64,000 bases of DNA from an uncultured Verrucomicrobiae bacterium (GTDB lineage: Bacteria; Verrucomicrobiota; Verrucomicrobiia; Limisphaerales; Palsa-1400), in the NCBI GenBank assembly GCA_963707025.1, contig CAVPOM010000004.1, positions 800,001-864,000 of the forward strand, in the 5' to 3' direction. The notes beneath the pieces were generated by a model. That model made no database searches. It saw only the letters and a program-made list of their open reading frames with translations, and was not told where the DNA came from. The position numbers were made by a program, and so were the translations under genes. Positions 23,587 through 34,396 of this stretch are shown in pieces (within the stretch, counting starts at the first letter, position 1; every line of letters begins with the position of its first letter).

Positions 23587-25900
23587 TTACTTGACAGGGG
23601 CGATCAGCCGGAGGAGCGTGTCGCGATGGGTGCGTCTGGCCGTGAAACGGTTGAGGGGGGCGGCCGGGGAATGGTCCGGGTCCCAGGCCAGCAGGATGGC
23701 GTGGTCCGCGCCGACATAACGGCTGAGGTCCAGGCTGTGAAAGACCTCGAAGTTTTGCCAGCCTTGCTCCGCCGGCCCGTTCATTTTGGCGAGGAAGGAG
23801 GCGGCCATGGCCCCTTCGGCGACGTTGGGGATGGCGACGGCATTGTTGCCGAAGTTTTGGCGCCGGGTTTGGACGGCGCTGCGAAAAGGCTGGGAGTATT
23901 GGTTGACGAAGTTGGCCAGGGACGTGCCGTCGGCGGGGTTGATGGTGAAGGTCTTGCTCTGGTGCGGAGGGAGCGCGCCCAGATTATAAAGGCGCTGGCC
24001 GAGCACGAGGCGGGCTTGGGGCAAGCTGCGGTCCGTCGTGTTTTCAATGGCCGCGGTCCAGCCGTCTCCCTGCCGGGTGACGGACAGGGTCAGCGGCACC
24101 GGCAAGGCCCGTTGCATCCAGTCGCTGACGTAAAGCTGGCTGGTCCAGACCGGGACAAAGGCCTCGGCGTCGAACCAGTTGCCGGTTTGGACGATGGAGG
24201 CGCCGCTGGTTTCCGAGCCGCCGCCGTAGTTGCCGCCGTATTCGCCGCGCAAGGTGGCGAAGGGCTGGACGCTGCCCAGTTGGTAATGGGCGTTGACCGG
24301 GGAATAAATGGAGAGATAGGTTTCCCCGCGGAGCACGGCGCTGGGCAGGTCCGGCTGCAGGTCGGGCAGGACATCCACCACGTTCAATTCGTTCCATTCC
24401 AATTCGCCGGCGCGCAGATGAAAGCCGATCAAATAAATCAGCCCGGAAAAGGCGACGACGTAGAGCGGAAAAGTGACCCAGGTCAGCATCTGGCGGTTGA
24501 TTTTTTTGAGCCAGGTACTGGTCCAGCGGCCCGATCACCGCCAGGTAGGCGACCAGCAGGGCCAGCAGCCAGGGCAAGGGCAGCTTGCGCACCTGCTTGC
24601 TGTCAATCATCGAGCCGAAAATGCCGTCGCTGCCCAGCCGCGGCACGTTCGGCGCATAGCCGCTGGCAGTCAGCCGGGCCAGCGGAATCTCGGCGAGCTT
24701 GGCCCAGAACCATCCGCGATTTTTCCACGAAATAAACGGCTCGCGCTCCGGACTGAACGTCAGAACGGTAATGCGCCCGCGTCCGCGCTCGGCCGTCACG
24801 GCCAGCGGCGCGGCGTCATCGCCGATCAAGGCGACGCCGTCGCGCAGGGTGCCGGTGAGCAAGGGCAGGGGCGCGGCTTCAAACTGGGGGTCGTCGGGCA
24901 GGTTGGCCGGGGAAGTCACGGCGGGTTCCAGGCCCGGGTTGCCTCTGCCTTGGATGGGCGCGCTCAGGCCGGGTGGGAGGGGGGACGGCTGCCCGCGGCG
25001 CCGGGCGGCCATGATGGCGGCATTGCGAGCGGCCATGGCGGACTGCAGGGCCGCCTCGGATGGATCGAACGGAGCGTTGGGGGATTGGAAGCGGGCGCTG
25101 GTCCAAGGCCCGCGCAGCCACTGGTCGAGCTGGGGATGGTTGTCCAGGTTGCGGGCGTCGGTCAGATCGCAGGGCATCAAATCGCGCAGCCAGCGGTTGC
25201 CGGTGATGTCGGAAATCTGCTCCACGCCCACGACCAGATGTCCGCCGTTTTGCAGCCAGGCGCGCAGGGCCTGGACTTGCGGCTCTTTCAAATCCAGCGC
25301 CTTGGCGGAATTGAGATACAACAGGTCAATGCTCTCCATGGGCAGCGGATTGTCCGGGAAGCTTTCGGTCTGGAGCCGGGCCGCGCCATAGGGAGAAGAA
25401 TTCTGGAAGCGGACGGACATGGGCAATTCGGGGAAGGAAGGCAGGCCTTGGACGGTGCGGCACAGCCCCGCGACCAGGGGCAAATCATGGGAGGTGACTT
25501 TGGCCCTCACCCCGGTCTGCTCGGCCCGGACTTTGCCGCGCTCATCCAGGAGGCGGACGTTCCAGACGCTGGCGGCGGTGAAGACGGGGATGACGACGCG
25601 TTTGAGAGTGCCGGTGGGCAGGTCCACCTTGACGCGGCGGATTTGCCCGCGGGCCAATTGCTCGGCGCTGACTTCGATGATGGCGTTGAAACCCGGCCCG
25701 TCGTTTTGAACCTCGCAGGTGATGGGAAACCAGCCCTGCTCGGGCAACAGGTAGTTGTAGCCGGGAATCACGTCGAAGCGCGGTGCTCCCGCCGCCTGGC
25801 TGGCCGGCCCGGCCAGCAGCGCCAGCAGCGCGGCGGCAAAGGACACAAGGAGGCGCTTGCCACAATGCAGACTGCGCGACATGACCAGTTTTGGCGTCAT
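23587..25900 (-). CDS. Large membrane-anchored hypothetical protein of the ABC locus, frameshift near 24500-24512
   Basis: Signal peptide, LRAWLQNGGHLVV and GRGRITV segments, TM pair YLAVIGPLDQY / LTWVTFP split across two frames near a T homopolymer. Confidence 0.7.
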
Positions 25901-26058
25901 TCCAAGGCGGTGACCAGCAGGATGTATAGGGCCGATTCCGGTCAATGCAAGGGCAAATGTGGCCCTGAAGATGATGTCCGATTATGACGCTTGAGCCGGG
26001 ATGGTTGTTTCACGGCGGGTTTTTCCGGCAGGCAGGGCCGCCATGCCTGGAAACCAGT

Positions 26059-26313
26059 TCAAATCCACTCGATATTAATAATGCGGAGTTCCCGCACAAA
26101 AGCATCAGGCCAAAAAGAGATCAAGAATGATCCGGCAACCTAGATCTGAATTGACCGGCCAGTGTCGTCCTTGCCCGCAAAATCACCTTTCTGCAACGGC
26201 TCGGCGGCGATTGCTTGGAGAGCCTGGATAAGCTTTTGGCGATGGCGGGGCTTGGTTCCCAGGAGAAAATGAACCGAGGTCTCGTTGAGCACGAACTGCC
26301 AGCTTTCACTCAC
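26059..26313 (-). pseudogene. RelE/ParE-like toxin with an in-frame TAG at 26140-26142
   Basis: Manual translation from a GTG overlapping the antitoxin stop: MSESWQFVLNE...KLIQALQAIAAEP...DDTGRSIQI*VAGSFLISFWPDAFVRELRIINIEWI. Confidence 0.65.
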
Positions 26314-26522
26314 AAGCCTTCAGCCTTGAGAGTTTCATGCAATCGTTCGGCCTGGGCGAGTGAAAACTTTTTGCCGCGGTCAATTTCCTGGTTCAACCGT
26401 GTGAGTTCAGACTGGTAGGCCGGATCATCTTTGCGGGCAAGATGCGTGAGGAACGCGGCCAAGTAGGCTCGCTCCTCCGGGGAGCTTTGCTCGATGCCGC
26501 GCTTTATTTCCTTCACTGTCAC
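26310..26522 (-). CDS. Putative antitoxin (addiction-module-like)
   Basis: 70 aa, MTVKEIKRGIEQSSPEERAYL; GTGA overlap with the downstream toxin-like frame. Confidence 0.7.
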   Translation of the reverse strand: MTVKEIKRGIEQSSPEERAYLAAFLTHLARKDDPAYQSELTRLNQEIDRGKKFSLAQAERLHETLKAEGL

Positions 26523-26590
26523 ATCGCAAAATTGCTTCGCACCGGGCGATTGTTCAAGCAGGTTTTGCGCGGGGAATGAATTTTCATTTC

Positions 26591-26711
26591 GAGACCTCTG
26601 GAAAACGCCTGTAGCGGCGGTCTATGACCGTCGCCATGCCGTTATTTCCCCTGGTTGGCGGCGGTCACAGACCGCCGCTACAATCGTGGACGCGCGTTTT
26701 GCAGAGGTCTC
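26591..26711. mobile_element. 121-bp MITE (family C) carrying an inverted REP doublet
   Basis: 18-bp TIR GAGACCTCTG(G/C)AAAACGC, flanking ATTTC direct repeat, internal GTAGCGGCGGTC...GACCGCCGCTAC. Confidence 0.8.
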
Positions 26712-26853
26712 ATTTCATATGAAATCGGTCGGACGGGCTGAAATCTCGAAAGCAACATTTGTGTGGCGGAGGCTTTTTTTCTGGAGTTAGGCGGGCTTTG
26801 TTTGCAATGTTGGCCATGCGCCAGGTGAACAGCTCATGGCGCGCGCTTAATTT

Positions 26854-28062
26854 ATGAAATCCGCTGCCCCTTGCGTTCTGGCGATAAACGGCGGCTCCTC
26901 CAGCATCAAGTTCGCCCTCTGCCAGGCGGGCGAAGGGCGGCGGCTGCTGGAGGGCAAGCTGGATCGCATCGGCCTGAGCGGCACGAATTTGGCGGCGCGC
27001 GACCCGTCCGGCCAGACCCGGTGCGCCCTGCCGCTCAAGGCGGCCAATCACGGCGCGGCGGCCGGTTTTCTTTTGGAGTGGCTGGCGGCGCAGCCGGGCT
27101 TCGCCGCCATCGCGGGCGTGGGCCACCGCGTGGTGCATGGCATGGCGCATTCCGAACCGGAGCGGGTCACGCCGGGGTTGCTGGCGGAATTGCATCGCAC
27201 CACGCCGTATGACCCGGATCATTTGCCACGGGAGATTGAGTTGATTCGCGCCATCCGCCGGCGTTATCCGAAATTGCCCCAGGTGGCCTGTTTCGACACG
27301 GCCTTCCACCGCACCATGCCGCGGGTCGCCCGATTGCTGGCCATCCCGCGCCGTTACACGACCAAGGGGATGCAGCGCTACGGTTTCCACGGTTTGTCCT
27401 ACGCCTATTTGATGGAAGAATTGGCGCGCCTGGGCGACGCGGCGGCCCGGAAGGGCAGGGTGATCCTGGCCCATCTGGGCAACGGAGCCAGCCTGGCGGC
27501 GGTGCGGGATGGCAAAAGCATGGACACCAGCATGGGCTTCACCCCGGCCGCCGGCCTGGTGATGAGCAGCCGTTCGGGTGATTTGGACCCGGGACTGCTT
27601 TCCTTTTTGTCGCGCACCCGGAACATGACGGCGTGGCAATTTGAGCAGATGGTCAACCACCAGTCCGGGCTGCTGGGGATTTCGGAGACCAGTTCGGACA
27701 TGCGGGACTTGCTGGCGCGGGAAGCCCGGGATGTCCGGGCGGCGGAAGCCGTGGCGCTGTTTTGTTACCAGGCCAGGAAGTGGATCGGCTCCTTCGCCGC
27801 CGTGCTGGGGGGAGTGGACACATTGGTTTTTTCCGCGGGCATCGGGGAAAATTGCCCGTCCATTCGCCGCCGGATCTGCGCGGGCCTGGGCTTTCTCGGA
27901 ATTGAATTAAACCCGGCGCGCAACCGGAAGAATGCCCCGCTGATTTCCTCCGCCGCCAGCCGGGTCGCGGTGCGGGTCATTCGCACCGACGAAGAACGCA
28001 TGATTGCCCGATCCGTCACCCGCCTTCTCCACCTCGGAGGAGGCAACCCCATTGAACCATGA
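26854..28062 (+). CDS. ackA: Acetate kinase
   Basis: [42 protein letters not shown]. Confidence 0.95.
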   Translation: MKSAAPCVLAINGGSSSIKFALCQAGEGRRLLEGKLDRIGLSGTNLAARDPSGQTRCALPLKAANHGAAAGFLLEWLAAQPGFAAIAGVGHRVVHGMAHSEPERVTPGLLAELHRTTPYDPDHLPREIELIRAIRRRYPKLPQVACFDTAFHRTMPRVARLLAIPRRYTTKGMQRYGFHGLSYAYLMEELARLGDAAARKGRVILAHLGNGASLAAVRDGKSMDTSMGFTPAAGLVMSSRSGDLDPGLLSFLSRTRNMTAWQFEQMVNHQSGLLGISETSSDMRDLLAREARDVRAAEAVALFCYQARKWIGSFAAVLGGVDTLVFSAGIGENCPSIRRRICAGLGFLGIELNPARNRKNAPLISSAASRVAVRVIRTDEERMIARSVTRLLHLGGGNPIEP

Positions 28063-30428
28063 AGACCAATGCACTCACCCCGGAACTGCTCCGCCAAATG
28101 GACGCCTACTGGCGCGCCGCCAACTACCTGTCGGTCGGGCAGATTTATCTGCTGGACAATCCGCTGCTGAAACGGCCGCTGGCGCTGGCGGATGTCAAAC
28201 ACATGCTGCTGGGCCACTGGGGCACGACGCCCGGCCAGAACTTCATCTACGCCCACCTGAACCGGGTGATTAAAAAACATGATCTGAACATGATTTACCT
28301 GTCCGGCCCCGGGCACGGCGGCCCGGCGGTGGTGGCCAACACCTACCTGGAAGGGACTTACAGCGAAATCTACCCCGACATCAGCCAGGATGAGGCCGGG
28401 CTGCAAAAGCTCTTCAAGCAGTTCTCCTTTCCCGGCGGGATTCCCAGCCACGCTTCGCCGGAATGTCCGGGGTCCATCCACGAGGGCGGGGAGCTGGGCT
28501 ATTCGCTCAGCCACGCCTTTGGGGCTGTATTTGACAACCCGGATTTGGTGGCGGCCTGCGTGGTGGGCGATGGCGAGGCGGAAACCGGCCCGCTGGCCAC
28601 GGCGTGGCATTCCAACAAGTTTCTGGATCCGGTCACCGACGGGGTGGTGCTGCCGATTCTGCACCTCAACGGTTACAAGATTTCCAATCCGACTGTCCTG
28701 GCCCGCATCCCGCGCCAGGAATTGGAACAGTTGTTGCTCGGCTACGGGTGGCAGCCTTGCTTCGTCGAGGGCCATGAGCCGGATTTGGTGCACCAGGCCA
28801 TGGCCGCCGCCTTGGACACGGCCGTGGGGCGCATCCAGCACATTCTGCGGGAGGCGCGCCTTCACCACAACCCGGCGCGTCCGCGCTGGCCAATGATCGT
28901 CCTCAATTCGCCCAAGGGCTGGACCGGCCCGAAGGCGGTGGACGGCCTGCCCAACGAAGGGACATTCCGTTCCCATCAGGTACCGCTGTCCGTATCTGCG
29001 GCGGCACCGCCCGAACATCTGCAACAACTTGAGGGGTGGTTGAAAAGCTATCGGCCGGAGGAATTGTTTGATGAACGCGGCCATCTCAAACCGGAATTGG
29101 CGGCCTTGGCCCCGACCGGGCCGCGCCGCATGGGGGCCAATCCCCACGCCAACGGCGGGATGTTGCTGCGCGATTTGCGCATGCCGGATTTCCGCAACTA
29201 CGCCGTGGCCGTGCCGGCGCCGGGCACGCGCGGTCCCGGCGACACGCATGTGCTCGGCCGCTTCCTGCGCGAGGTCACCCAGTTGAACCGGGAGCAGCGG
29301 AATTTCCGCATCTTCGGCCCCGATGAGACGCTCTCCAATGGTTTGGAAGCGGTCTTTGAGGTGACGCAACGGCAGTGGGAAGGTGCCACCGTGCCCAACG
29401 ACGAGTTCCTCGCGCCGGAGGGGCGGATTCTGGAAATGCTCAGCGAGCATCAGTGCGAGGGCTGGCTGGAGGGCTACCTGCTGACCGGGCGGCACGGGCT
29501 GTTCAATTGCTACGAGGCGTTCATCCACATTGTGGATTCGATGTTCAACCAGCACGCCAAGTGGTTGAAGGTCACCGCGCACTTGCCGTGGCGGCGTAAG
29601 ATTGCCTCGCTCAATTATCTGCTGGCATCCCATGTCTGGCGGCAGGACCACAACGGCTTCACCCACCAGGACCCCGGCTTCATTGACCACGTCGTCAACA
29701 AGAAGGCGGAGATCGTGCGGGTTTACCTGCCGCCGGACGCCAACTGCCTGCTCTCGGTGATGGACCACTGCCTGCGCAGCCGGCATTACGTCAATGTCGT
29801 CATTGCGGGCAAGCACCCGTCGCCGCAATGGCTGGACATGGCGGCGGCGGTCAAACATTGCACCAAGGGCATCGGCACCTGGCCCTGGGCGGGCAACGAC
29901 CAGGAGGCCGGGCCGGAGGTGGTGATGGCCTGCGCCGGCGACGTGCCCACCCTGGAGACGCTGGCGGCCGTTTCCATCCTGCGCCGGCATTTGCCGGGGC
30001 TGAGAATCCGGGTGGTCAACGTGGTGGACCTGATGAAGCTGCAGCCGGACACGGAACATCCGCACGGTTTGAGCGACACCGATTTCGATGATCTGTTCAC
30101 CAGGGACAAGCCGGTCATCTTCGCCTTTCACGGTTATCCGTGGCTGATCCACCGGCTGACTTACCGCCGCACCAACCACGACAACATCCATGTGCGCGGC
30201 TACAAGGAAGAGGGCACCATCACCACCGCCTTTGACATGACCGTGCTCAATGATCTGGACCGGTTCCATCTGGTGATGGACGCGATAGACCGCCTGCCGC
30301 AAACGGGGGAGAAGGGCGTCTATCTCAAGCAGCAGCTTCAGGACAAACTGATCGAGCACAAGCAATACATCTGTGCAAATGGCGAAGACCTGCCGGAAAT
30401 CCGCAACTGGAAATGGAGCCAGCCCTGA
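28059..30428 (+). CDS. xfp: Xylulose-5-P/fructose-6-P phosphoketolase
   Basis: [44 protein letters not shown]. Confidence 0.97.
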   Translation: MKTNALTPELLRQMDAYWRAANYLSVGQIYLLDNPLLKRPLALADVKHMLLGHWGTTPGQNFIYAHLNRVIKKHDLNMIYLSGPGHGGPAVVANTYLEGTYSEIYPDISQDEAGLQKLFKQFSFPGGIPSHASPECPGSIHEGGELGYSLSHAFGAVFDNPDLVAACVVGDGEAETGPLATAWHSNKFLDPVTDGVVLPILHLNGYKISNPTVLARIPRQELEQLLLGYGWQPCFVEGHEPDLVHQAMAAALDTAVGRIQHILREARLHHNPARPRWPMIVLNSPKGWTGPKAVDGLPNEGTFRSHQVPLSVSAAAPPEHLQQLEGWLKSYRPEELFDERGHLKPELAALAPTGPRRMGANPHANGGMLLRDLRMPDFRNYAVAVPAPGTRGPGDTHVLGRFLREVTQLNREQRNFRIFGPDETLSNGLEAVFEVTQRQWEGATVPNDEFLAPEGRILEMLSEHQCEGWLEGYLLTGRHGLFNCYEAFIHIVDSMFNQHAKWLKVTAHLPWRRKIASLNYLLASHVWRQDHNGFTHQDPGFIDHVVNKKAEIVRVYLPPDANCLLSVMDHCLRSRHYVNVVIAGKHPSPQWLDMAAAVKHCTKGIGTWPWAGNDQEAGPEVVMACAGDVPTLETLAAVSILRRHLPGLRIRVVNVVDLMKLQPDTEHPHGLSDTDFDDLFTRDKPVIFAFHGYPWLIHRLTYRRTNHDNIHVRGYKEEGTITTAFDMTVLNDLDRFHLVMDAIDRLPQTGEKGVYLKQQLQDKLIEHKQYICANGEDLPEIRNWKWSQP

Positions 30429-30676
30429 GCCGGCCACCTGGGGTGAAGGCAGACCTCGAAGGCATCCTCCCATCCCAAATAGCGGGCATGACGAACACGC
30501 GAGAAGGCGGCTTCGCCATAAGGTTTCTTGAGTTGAACGGATGCTTTCATGTTGAAATCGTGCCTGAATACCTGCGGGCAGGCAATCCAATTGAGGCTGG
30601 CGGAGGGTGGCATCTGCGCCCCATCCGCGCGATTGCGGGCTTGACGCTGTTTTTGGAAGAGGCATGTTTTGCGGCC

Positions 30677-31483
30677 ATGCGGGCAATCCAGCAGCAGTCA
30701 ATGGCCGCAGCATGGCTTCGGTGCGAGGCCTTCGCTGCGCTTGTCTTGCTCTTCTTTTCTTTCCAGGCGGCCCGCGCCCAGGACAATTATGAGATTCAAG
30801 TGTACGCCTCGGAAACGGTGGCGCCGGGTTCGACCATGCTGGAGCTGCACAGCAACTACACCATGGACGGCAGCCACGCGGTGGAGAACGGCGTGCTGCC
30901 CTCCGATCACGCCATCCATGAAACGCTGGAAATCACCCACGGTTGGAATCCGTGGTTTGAAACGGGTTTTTACGTTTTCTCCTCCCTCCAGCCCGGCCAG
31001 GGTTGGAACTGGGTGGGGGACCATCTCCGCCCGCGGGTGCGGATCCCGGAGGAATGGCACTGGCCGGTCGGGTTGAGCCTGTCGGTCGAGGCCGGTTACC
31101 AGCGGCCTTCCTACTGCCAGGACACCTGGAACCTGGAACTGCGGCCTATTATTGACAAGCAGGTCGGCCCCTGGTATTTCGCGGTGAACCCCGCCCTGGA
31201 AAAATCCCTGCACGGCTACGGGGCCGGGGAGGGGTGGGGTTTTTCCCCGGCCGTCAAGATCAGTTATGATGTGACGCGGGTCGTCACCGTTGGAGTGGAG
31301 TATTACGGGGACCTGGGGCCGATCACCCATTTCAGCAACTACACCGACCAGCAACATCAAATCTTCCCGGCACTGGACCTGAACTTCTCGAAGGATTGGG
31401 AGTTCAACTGCGGTTTTGGTTTCGGCCTGACCCACAGTTCGGACAATCTGCTCTTCAAGATGATTCTCGGCCGCCGCTTCTGA
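30677..31483 (+). CDS. Secreted or outer-membrane beta-barrel-like hypothetical protein
   Basis: Signal peptide ending ARA-QD, alternating aromatic beta strands, C-terminal Phe; start uncertain. Confidence 0.7.
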   Translation: MRAIQQQSMAAAWLRCEAFAALVLLFFSFQAARAQDNYEIQVYASETVAPGSTMLELHSNYTMDGSHAVENGVLPSDHAIHETLEITHGWNPWFETGFYVFSSLQPGQGWNWVGDHLRPRVRIPEEWHWPVGLSLSVEAGYQRPSYCQDTWNLELRPIIDKQVGPWYFAVNPALEKSLHGYGAGEGWGFSPAVKISYDVTRVVTVGVEYYGDLGPITHFSNYTDQQHQIFPALDLNFSKDWEFNCGFGFGLTHSSDNLLFKMILGRRF

Positions 31484-33737
31484 GCCTGGGGGAGGAGGCG
31501 GGCTGCGCCTGGCGGGCGAGGAGTTCCAGGCGGGAGTGGATGAATCGCTCGATGGCGGGCAGGGCGCATGGCTTGGTCAGACAGGGAACATCGTGACTGG
31601 AAAAGAAGCGTTTGGCATCCACCCCGATGATGTCGCCGGTCATAAACACCATCCGCTTGGCCAGGTCCGGATCGCGGCGCAGTGTTATTTCAAAAAGTTG
31701 CTCGCCGGTCAGGCCGGGCATGCGAAAGTCGGAGATGATGAGATCGAAGGCGGCCCGTTCCATCAGGGCCAGGGCTTCTTCGGTGCTGCTGCAGAATTGG
31801 GCGCGATGCCCCGTCATGTTCAGGTATTCGCAGATCATTTCCGCCAGGGCGGCTTCATCATCAATCATCAGAATGCGGGCGCCCTGCCGGGCCGCAGGGG
31901 CCGGATCGGGCGGGTGGGGCGTTGCGTCCGGCTCCGGCTCGGCCGCCGCCGGAACCGCCGCCTCATGGTCAACCATGCTGACGAGGGGGAGTTCCACCAC
32001 GAAGGCGGCCCCGCCCAGCACGGACGGTTCGTAAAAGATCCGGCCGTGATGATCGGCCACGATTTGATGGGAGATGGACAGGCCCAGGCCGGTGCCGGCG
32101 CCCACGGCCTTGGTGGTGAAAAACGGCTCGAATATTCTTGAGACCAGATGGGCCGGCACGCCCGGTCCGTTGTCCTCGACCCGCGCTTGCACCAGCTCGC
32201 CCTTGCGCCGGGTGGAGATTTTGATGTGCGGACTGTCGGTGTGCGGTTCGGTGGCTTGTTCGGCGTTGCGCCAGAGGTTGATGAAGACCCGCTCCAACTG
32301 GCTGGAATGGCCGGTCATGGGCGGGCAATGGGGATCGAGTTGCAAGGTGCAGCGGAGGGCCTGGCCGGCGCGGGCCAGGCGTTGATTGTCGGCGATGGCG
32401 GAGATCATCCGGTTCAAATCAATGGGCTCCATATCCTGGTTCTTACTGCGGGCCACGGCCAGGAAGTTGCGGATGAGCGCGGCGGCCCGGTTGCTTTCAT
32501 TGATGACCCTCTGGATGTCGTTGCGCATGCGGCCGTCGCAGCCCGGCCGGGCCAGAATCAGCTCCAAATGGGCGTTCATAATGGCCAGCGGGTTGTTGAC
32601 CTCGTGGGCGATGCCGGAGGCCAGTTGCCCCAGGGCGGAGAGCTTCTCCGCCTCGCGCAGTTGCTGCTCCAGGCGGGCGCGTTCGTTGAGTTCGCGCAGC
32701 ACCAGATGATAGGCCGGTTTTCCTTCCAATTCCACGGCCGAGGAGGTGAGGTCCGCCATGACCGTTCTCCCGTCCAAACAGCGCAGGGCGACTTGGGGAC
32801 TTTGGCTGAGCAAATCAAACCAGCGGACTTTTTCCCCGCCGTCAGGCAGCACCAGGAAGTCGCTGATCAGATGGGGGTCGGTGGTTCTGCTGGCGATGCC
32901 CAGCAGGCGTTGCGCCGCGGGATTCCAATCCACAATCCGCAAATCGGCCGCATCCACCAGCACAATCCCCTCCTGGGCCTGCTGAAACAGGGTGCGGTAA
33001 CGCTCCTCCGCCAGGCTTACTTTGGTGGCCAGGCGGCTCTTTTCGACTGTGGCCGACTGCAGTTGTTCCTCGGTTTGCCGGTTGAGGCGGCGCGCCTCCT
33101 CCAGCACCAGGACGATCATGCTCACGGCGATGAGCAGTTGCAGGACAGCGGAGATAAAGAAGGCGGCCACCAGCAGTTGCAGGTTGCCCGCGACAAACGG
33201 GCATGCTGTCAGGTAGAACCCCCACAGGAGGAAGCCGAAGGCCAGCAGGCCCGCCCCGACAAAGCGGGTGGTGCGCCGCAGCCTGAAAAACGCCACGGCG
33301 CAGATCACGCTCGCCGCCCCCATCAAAGCGAAGACCGGCACACTGCCCCACAAGCGGTCCCGCACATGGAAGAATTCCACATAACTCCAGGTGAAAAGAA
33401 AGCCGGTGAAAAGAGCAATGAGGCGCTGGTTGTCGGCGCTGCCCAGAAATGAGGCACTACCCCACAGGAGAAAGACAGCGCTGCAATTCAGGCACCATTG
33501 CCGCAGCATCGCCAGCAGCGGGGTGCCGTCCGCATTGTAAAAATTGAGGCCCAGGGAAAGCCAGACGGCGTAAAACAACCAGGCCACGTTCCAAATGGCG
33601 AAATAGCGGCGCCGGGTGTAGTGATTGAGATAAAAAAACAGGATGACCAGCACCCAGACGCTCAACAGGGAAACGAGCAGTCCGGTGCGCAGGTACTCCG
33701 GCGGAATGGCCAGGCTGTCCACAATCCAATGTCCCAT
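31455..33737 (-). CDS. Membrane hybrid sensor histidine kinase (multi-TM, PAS, HisKA, HATPase, REC)
   Basis: AHEVNNPL H-box, [23 protein letters not shown] and SDFRMP receiver motifs. Confidence 0.93.
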   Translation of the reverse strand: MGHWIVDSLAIPPEYLRTGLLVSLLSVWVLVILFFYLNHYTRRRYFAIWNVAWLFYAVWLSLGLNFYNADGTPLLAMLRQWCLNCSAVFLLWGSASFLGSADNQRLIALFTGFLFTWSYVEFFHVRDRLWGSVPVFALMGAASVICAVAFFRLRRTTRFVGAGLLAFGFLLWGFYLTACPFVAGNLQLLVAAFFISAVLQLLIAVSMIVLVLEEARRLNRQTEEQLQSATVEKSRLATKVSLAEERYRTLFQQAQEGIVLVDAADLRIVDWNPAAQRLLGIASRTTDPHLISDFLVLPDGGEKVRWFDLLSQSPQVALRCLDGRTVMADLTSSAVELEGKPAYHLVLRELNERARLEQQLREAEKLSALGQLASGIAHEVNNPLAIMNAHLELILARPGCDGRMRNDIQRVINESNRAAALIRNFLAVARSKNQDMEPIDLNRMISAIADNQRLARAGQALRCTLQLDPHCPPMTGHSSQLERVFINLWRNAEQATEPHTDSPHIKISTRRKGELVQARVEDNGPGVPAHLVSRIFEPFFTTKAVGAGTGLGLSISHQIVADHHGRIFYEPSVLGGAAFVVELPLVSMVDHEAAVPAAAEPEPDATPHPPDPAPAARQGARILMIDDEAALAEMICEYLNMTGHRAQFCSSTEEALALMERAAFDLIISDFRMPGLTGEQLFEITLRRDPDLAKRMVFMTGDIIGVDAKRFFSSHDVPCLTKPCALPAIERFIHSRLELLARQAQPASSPRLRSGGRESS

Positions 33738-33832
33738 TGGTCTCATAATGCGGTGTCTCAATGGCTAACCAACTTCTTCGGGAGCAGGAAGAATGCCAAT
33801 GGACACCAACGCCCAGGAAGGCCAAAGCCGCC

Positions 33833-34291
33833 TCAACCCTTCATACATTCGGGATATTGCCGCATCAGGCCCCAACCGATGTCGGTATGGCTGATGGTGC
33901 CCACGATCTGATGGTTGCGCACCACTGGCAACTGCTTGACACGGCGGGCCATCATGGTCGCCCCGGCCTTGAGCGCCTGGAGATCGGGGGAGACGGTGAT
34001 GACGTTCTTGGTCATGACCTCCTCGACGGGAAGATGGGCGATGTCCTTGAAGCGATCTTCCATCAACTGCGGAGTGGTCAGGTACTCCTCATGTTCCATC
34101 AGTTCTTTTTGCGTGGGAAGCAGTTTGCGGCTGAGATCCGTGTAGGTGACAATGCCAGCCAGCTTCTGCTCGCTGTCCACGACCAGAATATGACTCAGAT
34201 GATAGCGGAGCATCAGTTGCAGAATTTCCCATAGCGCCGTCTTGGGGCCGACGGTGATCAGTTGGGGATTCATCAATTCGAGGACTTTCAT
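33833..34291 (-). CDS. CBS-domain protein
   Basis: Two CBS repeats (LAGIVTYTD; VGTISHTD). Confidence 0.9.
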   Translation of the reverse strand: MKVLELMNPQLITVGPKTALWEILQLMLRYHLSHILVVDSEQKLAGIVTYTDLSRKLLPTQKELMEHEEYLTTPQLMEDRFKDIAHLPVEEVMTKNVITVSPDLQALKAGATMMARRVKQLPVVRNHQIVGTISHTDIGWGLMRQYPECMKG

Positions 34292-34396
34292 TTTTGTGGA
34301 ACGAAGGGGCTCACGGCGCCGCCTGAGAAGAAGGGGCTTCTGGACGCCGGCGCGGCCAGGGAGAATTGGTTTTGGCGGGCGATCATTTTTTGCAGC

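Noticed and set aside
27765..30713. Long antisense ORFs (982 aa here; also 963-2585, 4904-7267, 42208-44961)
   Set aside because: Shadow ORFs opposite well-supported genes, caused by high GC3; no recognisable motifs.
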